Positions 21,224-31,631 are shown, counted from the stretch's first letter. The stretch is DNA of 64,000 bases from Rhodospirillales bacterium (GCA_038143065.1 JAYQLI010000035.1:544001-608000); one strand, 5' to 3'. The notes: a model not told the origin generated them from the letters alone. Translations and numbers: made by a program.

Positions 21224-21350
21224 GAAGTTTCATTCGTCTAAGGCCCAAGCGCACCATGCTTTGATAATACCAGCACACTGAATGTTTGTTGAATTCCAAA
21301 CTGGTTTTGGTTTCCAAAGAATAAATTTTTTCAGAAACGACTATTTAACT

Positions 21351-21884
21351 TTAGCTGGGATAACGGGTCTGGTGCACTGGCTTAAAAAGACGGACTGTCC
21401 AGCCAGATTTTGCTTCAATATTTGGTGGCGATACTTCATTTCCTCCAATCAAAGCACCTCGTTCTACTAACGTCGCATCGAGACCTATGATGTTCAGGGG
21501 TGCAAAGCCCTCTGGTAGTGATGGAGCATCTGACGTGTGGCGATCAATCAGCATCAACCAACCATCCTCGGAAACATCCATATCTGACAGGGGGCCTTCA
21601 ACTAAATTACGATCCCAATTCGTCATCTTTGCCCTGAAGACGGGATCCACTGAATTTCTGCCCGCACGAGAGGTGTAAGTCTCCCGCGTGAGTACTTTAT
21701 CGTCTTTAAGGCGGTAAATAGCCATAAATGGCGCTTTAGCATCAGGTGCGCACTCATACCGTTGGGCAGTTTCAAAGCCCTCTATAGTTAGGAGCATAGA
21801 AATATGCTTGGAATAAAAATCATTAAACTCAGCTCGGTCTTCGTCGAGGGGATAATGCATTTCGACCATGTAAAAAACACTCAT
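21351..21884 (-). CDS. Hypothetical protein, possible dimeric alpha+beta barrel (EthD/DUF4286-like) N-domain
   Basis: EFNDFYSKHISMLLTIEGFETAQRY…FMAIY pattern; last gene of coupled operon. Confidence 0.65.
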   Translation of the reverse strand: MSVFYMVEMHYPLDEDRAEFNDFYSKHISMLLTIEGFETAQRYECAPDAKAPFMAIYRLKDDKVLTRETYTSRAGRNSVDPVFRAKMTNWDRNLVEGPLSDMDVSEDGWLMLIDRHTSDAPSLPEGFAPLNIIGLDATLVERGALIGGNEVSPPNIEAKSGWTVRLFKPVHQTRYPS

Positions 21885-21885
21885 A

Positions 21886-23304
21886 CTAACGCTCCTTTGC
21901 TATAGATTCTGCAGCGCGCAGCCCTGTAATAACTGCTTTTGCAAGGCCTCCGATATAAGCGGACGATTTTTCCTCCTTCTATACCGCCGGATGCAGAACC
22001 AACTGCATAAAGCCCTGGAATTGGGTCCCCGACTTCACTCAATGCACGCGCATCCCGATTTATGGCAATGCCACCCATGGTGTACGTAATTCCAGCAATC
22101 ACTGGAATAGCTCTGAATGGCTGTTTGCGTATTGGCTCAGGCTTAAAGGTTTGAGGCGATCTTTGAGGTAATAAATTACTGAAATTTTCGGTATCGACGG
22201 CATCATTCCATGTTTCTACGGTATGGCTCAGGCCATCAGGATTGATACCAAGTTGTATTGCAAGTTCACTTAAGGTTGGTGCACTAAGAACTTTTCCTCC
22301 AGCGTTTTCATAAACAGGATTCATGCAAGGAGGATAGCGATTATCTGCCGCTACACCGGTCCATGTTTCCTCATCAAAGATTACTACTGAGGATAGGGAT
22401 CAACCAATCGGGCAACCGCATTAGCCATAGAAACACCACCTAGTCCTTCGTCTGTGAACCTCTGACCAGCTTGGTTAACTAAGATTGCTGAACGTGCAAT
22501 TGTATCCACTACAGGGTAGGGCCAAAGCTTAGGGTTTTGAATTGCATCGCGGCCAAGTAAGTGTCCGTAAAAGCTATCAAGGCCTACTAGAGCCGCCCCG
22601 GCTGTTTCAGCGATTTTCAATCCATCGCCCATGCCAGTGCCGCCACCGCGTTGCAGTAGTGCATCAGGGTTTGGAGATATATAGCGTTGCATCAACTCCA
22701 TATTTGCCTGAAATCCGCCATCAGCAATTACTACCGCTGGCGCTCTTATCTTTTCTTTCCCTTGTGGTCCGTCGACAATAACTCCAACCACACAATTATT
22801 TTGAATTATTGGTTCTATTGCTCGCCACCCTAATCTTGGAGCAGCTTGTGCTTTTTGAAGAGCCTCTGTTAACCGGCGTAAAAGCACATCTGGACCCCGG
22901 CCTTTCCAATCAAGACCCGCGCCTCGAGGTCGTGGAGGAGCCAACATCCAGCGCATGAATTCTGGCTGTCCACCTTTGATAAATTTTCCACGTTCCTGTC
23001 TCAACCAGGTGAGAGCTTTGGCAGCGTCCTCTGCCATGATGCTTTGGACATTGTCACTACCAGGATGAGGCTGGATCGGGTCTCCCGACGCCTTTACAGC
23101 TGCTTCAATATCTTCAACGGGCTTAGTGACGTCTTTAAAAGCAACGTGAAAGAGCCCTCCCGAATATCGAGAATTACAGGCATAATCTGTTTCTTTACCT
23201 TTTTCTAAGACGATTGGGCGTAGGCCTAATTCTAAAGCTCTGTTGGCTGTTGTAAGTCCAGCTAGACCGCCACCAATAATTATTAAATCAGCATCCATTA
23301 TCAT
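21886..23304 (-). CDS. FAD-dependent oxidoreductase, fumarate reductase/TcuA/KstD superfamily (frameshifts near 22390 and 21970)
   Basis: IIIGGGLAG, NSRYSGG, IADGGFQAN, GDG, GQRFTDE, GITYTMGG, IPGLYAVG; corrected end YIGGLAKAVITGLRAAE…TAG 21886. Confidence 0.88.
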
Positions 23305-23528
23305 TACTCAGGCATAAGCATATCAACGATAATTTGGGAGAGTTCTGATAGCGTCCTAATCAAGAAGCCCGCGAAAGCACCTAAAAACAGTCCACCTGGT
23401 ATCCATATCCAATGCCAATGCGCTAACACCACACCGAACAGTAAAAATAGATAAATTCCAAATCCCGCCAAAATCGATAAGGAGCGGCCATACCCAACTA
23501 ATAAACGAACAGATGGATAATTCTGCAA
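23304..23528 (-). CDS. Small two-TM hypothetical membrane protein
   Basis: 74 aa, two hydrophobic helices, stop/start overlap (TAATG) with the flavoprotein gene. Confidence 0.7.
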   Translation of the reverse strand: MQNYPSVRLLVGYGRSLSILAGFGIYLFLLFGVVLAHWHWIWIPGGLFLGAFAGFLIRTLSELSQIIVDMLMPE

Positions 23529-23533
23529 GATCT

Positions 23534-24490
23534 TTATCTCCTCAGGAGTTGGTTAAATTCTTTATCCCGGCGGGCTTCATTGATTTGATTAACAACGCAC
23601 TTTTTAAAATCTGCTAATTTATAATCGTAAGTGCTTTCGAAGCGATGACTGTCTATATTTAACACTGATTTATAATGCGCCGCATCTTGAGAAAATGTTA
23701 TCTCGGCTCCAGGAATTTCTGATTGAATAGCAGCCACAGCGTCCCCAACAGTTATGAGATAATTAGGCAGGCAAAATATTGGTTGTTGAACTTTATCGGC
23801 AAGGCAGGCTTTGACTAAGCAATCTGCAGCATCATCTACATAGATGATTGCTGCTGCTTGATCAGATGCAACATCAGAAACGGTTGGCCGGCCTACAGCT
23901 GCTTCTGAAATAATTCTTGAAATTGCGCTGCTTCTCCCAGTTGTACGTCCATGACCAAATATGGCGGGAATGCGAAGCCCACATGTCACTAATCCAGAAT
24001 TCTTATTGTAAGAGTTTGCAGTCTCCTCATTAATTAATTTTGCATAACCATAAAGAGAATAGGGCTTACGCAAAGAGAACTCATCAACTGTATTGTTTCT
24101 GCCATATTCAATTTGATCATCAAAAACGGCTATAGAACTCGCGTAAATAACGCGTTTTACGTCCGCTACACTCGCTGCTTCAAACACATTTGCTGATCCT
24201 TGAATATTTACCGAAAAACCAAACGCCGGTTTATTCTCAGATATGGGTGCTAACACTGCTGCGAGATGGATTACGCATTCAATGGGAAGAGACTTTAACA
24301 ATTCAACTAAGCGCTCAGAATCACGAATATCACACTGAATGATTTTGAGTTTATTACAATTTTCCAAGTCAGCCAGGCGCCTTTGGTTCGATGCCGTATC
24401 TAGAGAAACTACAGTTTTCCCAATAGCAAGAAGCTTCCTTACGACACGAGAACCAAGAAGGCCCCCGCCGCCAGTAACCAAGATCATCAT
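23534..24490 (-). CDS. NAD-dependent epimerase/dehydratase (extended SDR)
   Basis: TGGGGLLG, HLAA, ASSIAV, YGYAK. Confidence 0.9.
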   Translation of the reverse strand: MMILVTGGGGLLGSRVVRKLLAIGKTVVSLDTASNQRRLADLENCNKLKIIQCDIRDSERLVELLKSLPIECVIHLAAVLAPISENKPAFGFSVNIQGSANVFEAASVADVKRVIYASSIAVFDDQIEYGRNNTVDEFSLRKPYSLYGYAKLINEETANSYNKNSGLVTCGLRIPAIFGHGRTTGRSSAISRIISEAAVGRPTVSDVASDQAAAIIYVDDAADCLVKACLADKVQQPIFCLPNYLITVGDAVAAIQSEIPGAEITFSQDAAHYKSVLNIDSHRFESTYDYKLADFKKCVVNQINEARRDKEFNQLLRR

Positions 24491-24496
24491 ATTTTT

Positions 24497-25528
24497 TTAT
24501 GCAAATTCCGGCATAACCTCTTCTGCAAAAAGTTTCATAGAAGACATCACCTTCTCTTGAGGCAGATCTCCAAACCAAAAATTGGCATTAAAGTGATCAA
24601 TTTTCATTGCATCTTGAAGTTCGTGTAATTGCTCAACACAACGTTCGGGGGTGCCCATAATAAAATAACGTTCTAATAAATCTTTGTCAGAAGGTTCGGT
24701 GTCGAAAGGTACAGCGATAGCTTTACCTTCTTCTACACGCTCAAGTCCTTGGCGCAGGCTTAAGGTAACGCGCATATTCCATCGTGCTTGCTCCACAGCA
24801 TAGGCAAGTTCGTTTTCATCTCTCGTGACGTAAACAGGTCTTTGAGTAGAAATACGCATCTTTTGTTTAGTAGGTGCGGGAATGTCTAACTCATCATATG
24901 CGGTGCGAAAGTCTCTTAAGCGCTCGACTGGTATTCCAAACCCACCGGTAACCAGGTTAAAGCCGCGTTTGGCTGTTGCCTCTACAGACTCCATACTTTG
25001 CCCGACAACCCAAATAGGTGGGTGCGGATCTTGGACTGGTAAAGGAAACACGCTCGTTTCATCGAATTTGAAATGCTCACCTTCATAACTAAATGGTTTT
25101 CCTTTGAATGCAGCGAGCATTATGTCGACAGCCTCTTCAAACCTAGGTCGACTGTCCTCTAAAGGGATACCATATCGTTCAAACTCATATGTCTGATAGC
25201 CGCGTCCAAGGCCAACGTCTAACCGACCGCCACTAAGCATGTCTGCTGTTGCAATCTCTTCTGCAACCGTAAGAGGGTGATGTAAGGGTAAAACAACAAC
25301 AGCGGATCCAACCCGAATACGCTTGGTTTGGCTCGCTAAATGCGTGGCAAACATCAGCGGCCGAGATAGATAACCGTATGATGAGAAGTGATGCTCAGCA
25401 CACCAAATGCTGTCAAAATTCAGACGGTCAGCTTCTTTTGCAATTTCAACAGCTCTGCCAAAGACTTCCTGTGGTGGACGTACAGTTGGGGATTGGAGCA
25501 AGAAGAAAATACCAAAATCCATGATCAT
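24497..25528 (-). CDS. LLM-class (luciferase-like) flavin-dependent monooxygenase
   Basis: WCAEHHF, LPLHHPLTVAEE, SGGRLDVGLGRGY, PVQDPHPPIW. Confidence 0.93.
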   Translation of the reverse strand: MIMDFGIFFLLQSPTVRPPQEVFGRAVEIAKEADRLNFDSIWCAEHHFSSYGYLSRPLMFATHLASQTKRIRVGSAVVVLPLHHPLTVAEEIATADMLSGGRLDVGLGRGYQTYEFERYGIPLEDSRPRFEEAVDIMLAAFKGKPFSYEGEHFKFDETSVFPLPVQDPHPPIWVVGQSMESVEATAKRGFNLVTGGFGIPVERLRDFRTAYDELDIPAPTKQKMRISTQRPVYVTRDENELAYAVEQARWNMRVTLSLRQGLERVEEGKAIAVPFDTEPSDKDLLERYFIMGTPERCVEQLHELQDAMKIDHFNANFWFGDLPQEKVMSSMKLFAEEVMPEFA

Positions 25529-25630
25529 TCCTCAGAAAGAGTAAATAAGTTAGAGTGAGTATGCTGGCCCAACTGGACCAGAACCTGCAAGCGTACGCGT
25601 TAAAATTTTTTAAAAAAGAAGGATTAAATT

Positions 25631-25963
25631 ATGCTCGCAGTATGGGTGAAAGTCCGAATTAAACCTGAAAAGAGGAAAGAGTTTTTAGCTGCTATTGAAG
25701 TAGATGCTATCGGTTCTGAGCGAGATGAACCTGGGTGCGCACGCTTTAATGTTCTTCAAGATGTATCTAACGAAAACATTTATTACTTTTACGAAGTGTA
25801 TAGAGACGAAGCTGCAAGAGCGGAACATCGTGCAGCACCTCATTACCAAATTTGGAAAGCAGCTGCGCACACTTTAGATGGACCAACAGAAAGAATAGAA
25901 ACTAGGTCGGTTTTCCCATCAGATCCTAAATATTGGTTTAAAGAAAATGGAGATGCATCATGA
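25631..25963 (+). CDS. Antibiotic biosynthesis monooxygenase (ABM/LsrG-like) protein
   Basis: EPGCARFNVLQD, FYEVYRD…HRAAPHY. Confidence 0.88.
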   Translation: MLAVWVKVRIKPEKRKEFLAAIEVDAIGSERDEPGCARFNVLQDVSNENIYYFYEVYRDEAARAEHRAAPHYQIWKAAAHTLDGPTERIETRSVFPSDPKYWFKENGDAS

Positions 25964-26903
25964 CACTTGCAGTAGGCTTAAAAACTCATGGTGGTCCAGA
26001 AGTACTTCAAATTGTGGATGTGCCTTCTGAACCACTTGGACCAGGCAAGGTGCGTTTGAGGGTACATGCTGCTGCTGTAAATCCCACAGACGTCATGGCA
26101 CGTAATGGATCACGTGCAGACCAACAAAAATTAGATCCTCCCCCATATGTACCCGGCATGGATGCCGCAGGAATAGTAGAGGAAGTTGGTGAAGGTGTAA
26201 CACTTCCGATCAAACCTGGGGACCTTGTTATGGCAATGGTGGTTCCCAAAGCTCAGCATGGCGCTTACAGGGAAGAAATTGTTCTTGATCAACGGGCAAT
26301 TGTTCCCCAGCCGAAGAACGTAACCCATGCAGAAGCAGCTAGCTTGCCAATGAATTCGCTAACTGCACAGTTATCATTAGATTTGATGGACTTAAAAGCA
26401 GGGCAAACAATCTGTGTCACTGGCGCTCCTGGGGCCTACGGTGGTTACGTCGTTCAATTAGCTAAACATGCAGGACTAACGGTCTTAGCGGATGCCTCTG
26501 AGGCCGATGAAGCTTTAGTAAAAAGTCTTGGCGCGGACGTAATTGTCAGAAGAGGTGAGGGGTTTGCATCCCGAGTTCGCACAGTTTGTCCTGAGGGAGT
26601 AGATGGACTTGCCGATGGGGCTCTTTTAAACGAGTTGGCAATACCAGCGGTGCGAGACGGGGAAAATTTACTGCGATCCGAGGCTACGCTGGCAATGGGG
26701 AACGGGGCATTAATTTTTCTCAAACGTTTGTCCGTAACTATGACTGCGAATGGGAAAAACTGGATCGTTTGCGTCAGTTAACTGAAGACGGCGTTTTAAC
26801 GCTGCGTGTTGCTGATGAAGTACACCCAGACAAAGCTGGTGCGGCTCATGCGAGACTTGAGGCTGGCGGCACCCGTGGCAGGTTAATCATTAAGTTTAGT
26901 TAG
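25960..26903 (+). CDS. NADP-dependent MDR/quinone oxidoreductase (frameshift near 26665)
   Basis: GGPEVL, AAAVNPTD, PGMDAAG, GAPGAYG; other frame ends AHARLEAGGTRGRLIIKFS*. Confidence 0.88.
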
Positions 26904-26944
26904 TACTCATATTTTATCCTTTACAAGGTTCAGGGGTTATCTTA

Positions 26945-26970
26945 ATTTCCGAATTCCGAATTCTGAATTC
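26945..26970. promoter_or_regulatory. Tandem GAATTC repeats with 7-bp period, probable GntR operator
   Basis: GAATTC at 26951, 26958 and 26965, 25-45 nt upstream of the gntR start. Confidence 0.6.
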
Positions 26971-26994
26971 ATAAATTAAGATGAGGTAGTACTG

Positions 26995-27678
26995 GTGCTT
27001 AAAATTGAGCCGAAGCCAGACCTGGTGGCACAAACTCGTGCAGCAATTAGGGGTGCGATAATTGCGGGGGAGTTGCCACCTCGCTCTCCCTTAGCGCAGG
27101 AAGACCTTGCTTCTAAATTCGGGGTAAGCCGACAACCAATAAGTCATGCGCTGGTGATGCTCAAACAAGAAGGGCTTGTGGTTGATCGTGGGCGCAAAGG
27201 ACAAATGGTAGCGCCAATCGATCCCGAAAAATTATTGGCATTGTATCGAGTGCGGGGAGCATTAGATCGCCTGGCAGCAAGACTAGCAACCACCAATGTG
27301 CATAAAAGTTCCTCTGGATTATTAGAGATTGTTGACCGTGGAACAGACGCTCTGAACAAGAGAAGTGTAGAGGCTTTAGTTAGCGCTGATATCGCATTTC
27401 ATTCTGCCTTGTATGAGTTGTCAGGCAATAATGAGATCACCATCACCGCAGAGAATTTCTGGCCACACATCGCCCGATCAATGCGAGTGGTTTTAGAAGA
27501 CAAAGATCAATGGCCAAGAATTTGGGACGAACATAGAGCTATTGCCCAGGCCATCGAAGACGGGAATATCGAGAAAGCGGGCGATCTCGCCACCGATCAT
27601 GCTGAGAACAGCGGTGAGGCTACCTATCAGCGTCTTTTATCCGAGCAGTTACATTTTCAAAAGCAAGCTAACCAATAA
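26995..27678 (+). CDS. GntR family (FCD) transcriptional regulator
   Basis: wHTH LASKFGVSRQP, FCD ADIAFHSAL…SGN…EHRAI. Confidence 0.93.
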   Translation: MLKIEPKPDLVAQTRAAIRGAIIAGELPPRSPLAQEDLASKFGVSRQPISHALVMLKQEGLVVDRGRKGQMVAPIDPEKLLALYRVRGALDRLAARLATTNVHKSSSGLLEIVDRGTDALNKRSVEALVSADIAFHSALYELSGNNEITITAENFWPHIARSMRVVLEDKDQWPRIWDEHRAIAQAIEDGNIEKAGDLATDHAENSGEATYQRLLSEQLHFQKQANQ

Positions 27679-27697
27679 TTGAGTAAGGGGGGTCATT

Positions 27698-28498
27698 ATG
27701 AAACTAAAAGCAGATCAACTGAAGGAATTTGACGAGAAAGGCTATTTATTCTTTCCAGGAAAGTTCACTTCAGAAGAGGCAGCGCTTTTAAAGCAAGCGT
27801 CGGAAGATATTTTTGCGATGGACAGGAAAGAGGTGTGGCGCGAAAAGTCTGGCGTGGCCCGCACCGCGTTTGCCGCGCATACGTATAATGAACCATTTCG
27901 CCAGCTTGGCGCACATCCCCGTTTAATTGACCCAGTCGAGCAGCTACTGGACGGCAAACTTTACATGCATCAATACAAAGTAAATGCAAAAGCTGCGTTC
28001 GACGGTGAAGTATGGCAATGGCATCAGGACTATGGAACATGGGCTAGAGATGATGGAATGCCAGAGCCTCGGGCAATGAACATTGCAGTATTTCTTGATG
28101 ACGTTACAGCTGCAAATGGTCCATTATTATTTATTCCAGGCAGCCATAAGCTTGGAGTAGTTGAAGCTGGGCATGACTTAGAAACAACAAGTTATCCGCT
28201 CTGGACCCTCGATCGTGAGACTGTATTAAAACTTGCCCGAGAGGGCGGTTGTGTCGCTCCAACTGGTCCTGCGGGAAGTGTGCTGATGTTCTCTTCGCTT
28301 CTTGTGCATGCAAGCCCTCCAAACATATCTCCATTTGGTCGGACTATTGTCTACTTGTCACTTTGTGAAGTTGATAATCATATTACGCAATTTAAGCGCG
28401 AAGAATGGATAGCTCATCGTGATTTTACTCCGATCGAAGCGTTATCCGATGATTGTTTGCACGAACTCACGAAAGCGCAAGGTATAGCTGCGGAGTAG
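27698..28498 (+). CDS. Fe(II)/2-oxoglutarate dioxygenase, PhyH family (EctD/proline-4-hydroxylase-like)
   Basis: WQWHQDYGTW…DDGMP (HxD), NGPLLFIPGSHK, LVHAS…R. Confidence 0.9.
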   Translation: MKLKADQLKEFDEKGYLFFPGKFTSEEAALLKQASEDIFAMDRKEVWREKSGVARTAFAAHTYNEPFRQLGAHPRLIDPVEQLLDGKLYMHQYKVNAKAAFDGEVWQWHQDYGTWARDDGMPEPRAMNIAVFLDDVTAANGPLLFIPGSHKLGVVEAGHDLETTSYPLWTLDRETVLKLAREGGCVAPTGPAGSVLMFSSLLVHASPPNISPFGRTIVYLSLCEVDNHITQFKREEWIAHRDFTPIEALSDDCLHELTKAQGIAAE

Positions 28499-28503
28499 AC
28501 TGA

Positions 28504-29823
28504 ATGTTTATCTATCAAGAGTTAGCCGCTCGAGCAGCAGCTTCTAACCCAGTGCGCGTGGGGCTAATCGGGGCCGGTAAGTTTGGCAGTATGTTTCTGT
28601 CTCAAGTACCTACCACACAAGGCTTAGTAGTGGCGCAAATTGCCGACCTCGATCCTGCAAAGGCTCAGGCAGCATGTCGTGGGGTTGGCTGGGATTCTGA
28701 ATTAATTCAGCAAACCACCTTTACCGATGACGCAGAGAAAATGATGCAGTCTGGTGGCATCGATGTGATTGTTGAGGCAACAGGAAACCCAGTGGTGGGG
28801 TTTCATCATGCCCGTGAAGCAATCCGAAATGGTCTACATATTATAATGGTAAATGTAGAAGCTGATGTATTGGTCGGCGGCTTATTGGCAGAAGAGGCAC
28901 GTCGGGCAGGGGTCGTTTATTCTATGGCCTACGGTGATCAGCCGGCGTTAACCTGTGAGCTAGTAGAATGGGCTAGAGCCACAGGTTTTGAAGTTATAGC
29001 AGCTGGAAAGGGAACGAAGTTCTTACCGTCTTACCATGGGTCAACTCCAGATACTGTCTGGGAGCATTACGGCCTTACCAGTGAAGAAGCTGCTGCTGCT
29101 GGCATGAACAGCCAGATGTTTAATAGTTTTCTTGATGGCACAAAGTCTGCGCTTGAAATGGCAGCTATTTCAAACGCTACAGGTCTAAAGCCACCATCCA
29201 ATGGATTATTATTTCCTCCTGCCGGTATGGATGATTTAGCACATGTGCTGCGCCCCACATCCGAAGGCGGTAAACTCGAAAGCAAAGGCATGGTTGAGGT
29301 TGTCTCTTCGTTGGAGCGAGACGGTCGACCAGTTTTCAAAGACCTTCGTTGGGGAGTTTATGTAGTTATAGAAGCCCCAAACGATTATGCAGCTGCTTGT
29401 TTTCGTCAGTACGGGATGAATACGGACGCCTCCGGTCGCTATTCAGCAATGTTTAAACCTTTTCACTTAATTGGCTTGGAACTCAACATTTCCATTCTTT
29501 CGGCCGCACTTCTTAATAAACCAACGGGGACAACTCTTGGTTTTACTGGTGATGTAGTAGCTACTGCTAAGCGGACGTTAAAGGCAGGAGAGGTGTTAGA
29601 CGGTGAAGGTGGGTTTACCGTTTGGGGTAAATTATTTCCCTCTGAAACATCTCTGCAGATTGGAGGGTTGCCGATTGGTCTAGCGCATGGCGTGAAGCTT
29701 AAAAATGATATAGCCGAAGGCGTTTGTGTGCGCTGGGAAGATGTGGATATAGATACTACCGCTGAGGTTGTGTTAGCCCGTTTAAAGATGGAGAATAGTT
29801 GCAGAGCCGCGTTAGCTGCTTAA
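28504..29823 (+). CDS. NAD(P)-dependent oxidoreductase with C-terminal SAF domain (COG4091, homoserine dehydrogenase-like)
   Basis: GLIGAGKFG, MVNVEAD, GDQP, FLDGTKS, KPFHLIGLE, AKRTLKAGEVLDGEGG, LPIGLA. Confidence 0.9.
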   Translation: MFIYQELAARAAASNPVRVGLIGAGKFGSMFLSQVPTTQGLVVAQIADLDPAKAQAACRGVGWDSELIQQTTFTDDAEKMMQSGGIDVIVEATGNPVVGFHHAREAIRNGLHIIMVNVEADVLVGGLLAEEARRAGVVYSMAYGDQPALTCELVEWARATGFEVIAAGKGTKFLPSYHGSTPDTVWEHYGLTSEEAAAAGMNSQMFNSFLDGTKSALEMAAISNATGLKPPSNGLLFPPAGMDDLAHVLRPTSEGGKLESKGMVEVVSSLERDGRPVFKDLRWGVYVVIEAPNDYAAACFRQYGMNTDASGRYSAMFKPFHLIGLELNISILSAALLNKPTGTTLGFTGDVVATAKRTLKAGEVLDGEGGFTVWGKLFPSETSLQIGGLPIGLAHGVKLKNDIAEGVCVRWEDVDIDTTAEVVLARLKMENSCRAALAA

Positions 29824-29855
29824 GATCGATGTTTAAAATATCCCGGGGAACTGCC

Positions 29856-30134
29856 TTGAAAAAGTTAATAACCTTATGTTGTGTGTCCTTGGCTTTAACG
29901 GCATGTAGCACGGTTGGAAAAAGTGGGGATGTAGGACTTGTTGCCGGCCAAATAACTGAAGATTCAAACGCTGATAAGGTTAGCGTTTTCAGCTACGGGG
30001 TAATGTCGTCGGAAGATACCTTAGATGTTGCTCTAAAACATTGCGCAAAGTTTGACAAAAAACCAAAACTGGTTCGCGAAGCTAAATGGTATGATTTCTC
30101 AATGAAGGATCAGTATGATTGCGTAGCAAAATAG
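29856..30134 (+). CDS. Hypothetical small lipoprotein
   Basis: TTG start, KK + hydrophobic stretch + lipobox LTAC; two further Cys (HCAKF, YDC). Confidence 0.7.
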   Translation: MKKLITLCCVSLALTACSTVGKSGDVGLVAGQITEDSNADKVSVFSYGVMSSEDTLDVALKHCAKFDKKPKLVREAKWYDFSMKDQYDCVAK

Positions 30135-30358
30135 TTTCACCGTGAAGCAACTGTACCTAGTTAGGGGGGGCGCACGTGCATTACTGTACTGTCCACCTCG
30201 CTCACACACCTGCAACAATCGGGCTATGCCTACTTAAAGCCATAAATTAAATATCAAGCGGATGACTGCAAGGCTTACGCTCTGACATAGACAAGTCAAT
30301 GGAACCCAAGGGTTAGCTTGAGTCTTGACATGATTTGACATGGTTTCGTGAAGCTTGT

Positions 30359-30448
<90 letters not shown>

Positions 30449-30548
30449 AGCAGCGCCGAACATAGCGATCTTTTCAAAATATGGAAGGTGTTGATTTCAT
30501 CTTTATATCGGTTGAACGATATGTCTTATTTTAAAGTTAAAACATTCC

Positions 30549-31349
30549 TCAGCCGCGTTTTACACTGGCACCACCGTCAACAGGTAATGTCACGCCGGTA
30601 ACAAATTTTGCCTCATCCGAAGCGAGGTATAAAGCTGCGTACGCAACGTCCCAACCGGTGCCCATTTTCGCCCCTAGTGGTACTCGGGCGTTGCGTTCTT
30701 CCACTACCTCTTCCCTTCTTTTTTGCCATTCACGAGCCCTCGTATCTACTGCCATTGGTGTATCCATAAGACCAGGTAGTATTACGTTTGCTCGCACTCC
30801 AAAAGCTGCATTCTGATATGCAAGCTGCTCTGTAAAGGCGACCACTCCAGCTTTTGACGCTTTGTAAGCAACATATGGATACATATCCAAAACTGCCATC
30901 GATGATATATTGACTATGGAACCAGTTTTCCGCTGCCGCATACCTGGAAGCACATGCTTAACGGTCATAACCATTCCTCTTAAATTTATGGCAAAGACGT
31001 TGTCGAATGCCTCTTCAGTAAAGGTTTCAATAACACTGTCCCCTCCAGCTATCGAAACGCCCACGTTATTGTGAAGTATATCAATTCCACCCATTTGTGC
31101 CTGTGCGGCACGAACAACCTCCTCAATTTCTCGCTCAATGGTGATATCAGCAGCATATGCAGTGGCCTTACCTCCTTCAGCCCGCACAATTTCTGCGGTT
31201 TCCTCAGCGGCTTCAAGGGTGCGATCAACACAGGCTATTTCAGCTCCCTCTCGCGAGAATAACAAGCATACAGCTCGGCCATTCCCAACAGTTTCTCCGG
31301 GTGATTGTCCAGCTCCAACAATCATCGCAGTCTTATTCTTTAATCGCAT
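30549..31349 (-). CDS. SDR family oxidoreductase
   Basis: GAGQ…GNGRA, HNNVG, YKASKAG, PGLMDTPM, VDGG. Confidence 0.92.
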   Translation of the reverse strand: MRLKNKTAMIVGAGQSPGETVGNGRAVCLLFSREGAEIACVDRTLEAAEETAEIVRAEGGKATAYAADITIEREIEEVVRAAQAQMGGIDILHNNVGVSIAGGDSVIETFTEEAFDNVFAINLRGMVMTVKHVLPGMRQRKTGSIVNISSMAVLDMYPYVAYKASKAGVVAFTEQLAYQNAAFGVRANVILPGLMDTPMAVDTRAREWQKRREEVVEERNARVPLGAKMGTGWDVAYAALYLASDEAKFVTGVTLPVDGGASVKRG

Positions 31350-31631
31350 AGAAATTCTCCCAGAGAGTTAATGATTCATAATCATTTCAATGCCATGGTG
31401 AAAGCAAATCCTCCCTTTAATCAAGGCGTGGTCTTTCAACAATGTTAATGCCAACAAAAAAGAAAATATGGTTTTGTGTGCAGTTGTTTTCAGGGGAGGA
31501 AGGATAGAGCATTTATCTCAGACAAGATTACTAATTTCAGACAGCGGTAAGATGGACGTATAGTATGAGTTCTAGATTCACGAATTTTGCTGAGAGGCAT
31601 AACAACTTACATTGCTTCTATTGGGGAAGGT

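Noticed and set aside
27698-28498. Calling the dioxygenase ectD
   Set aside because: The signature differs at several positions from the EctD consensus and there is no ect cluster; left as EctD-like
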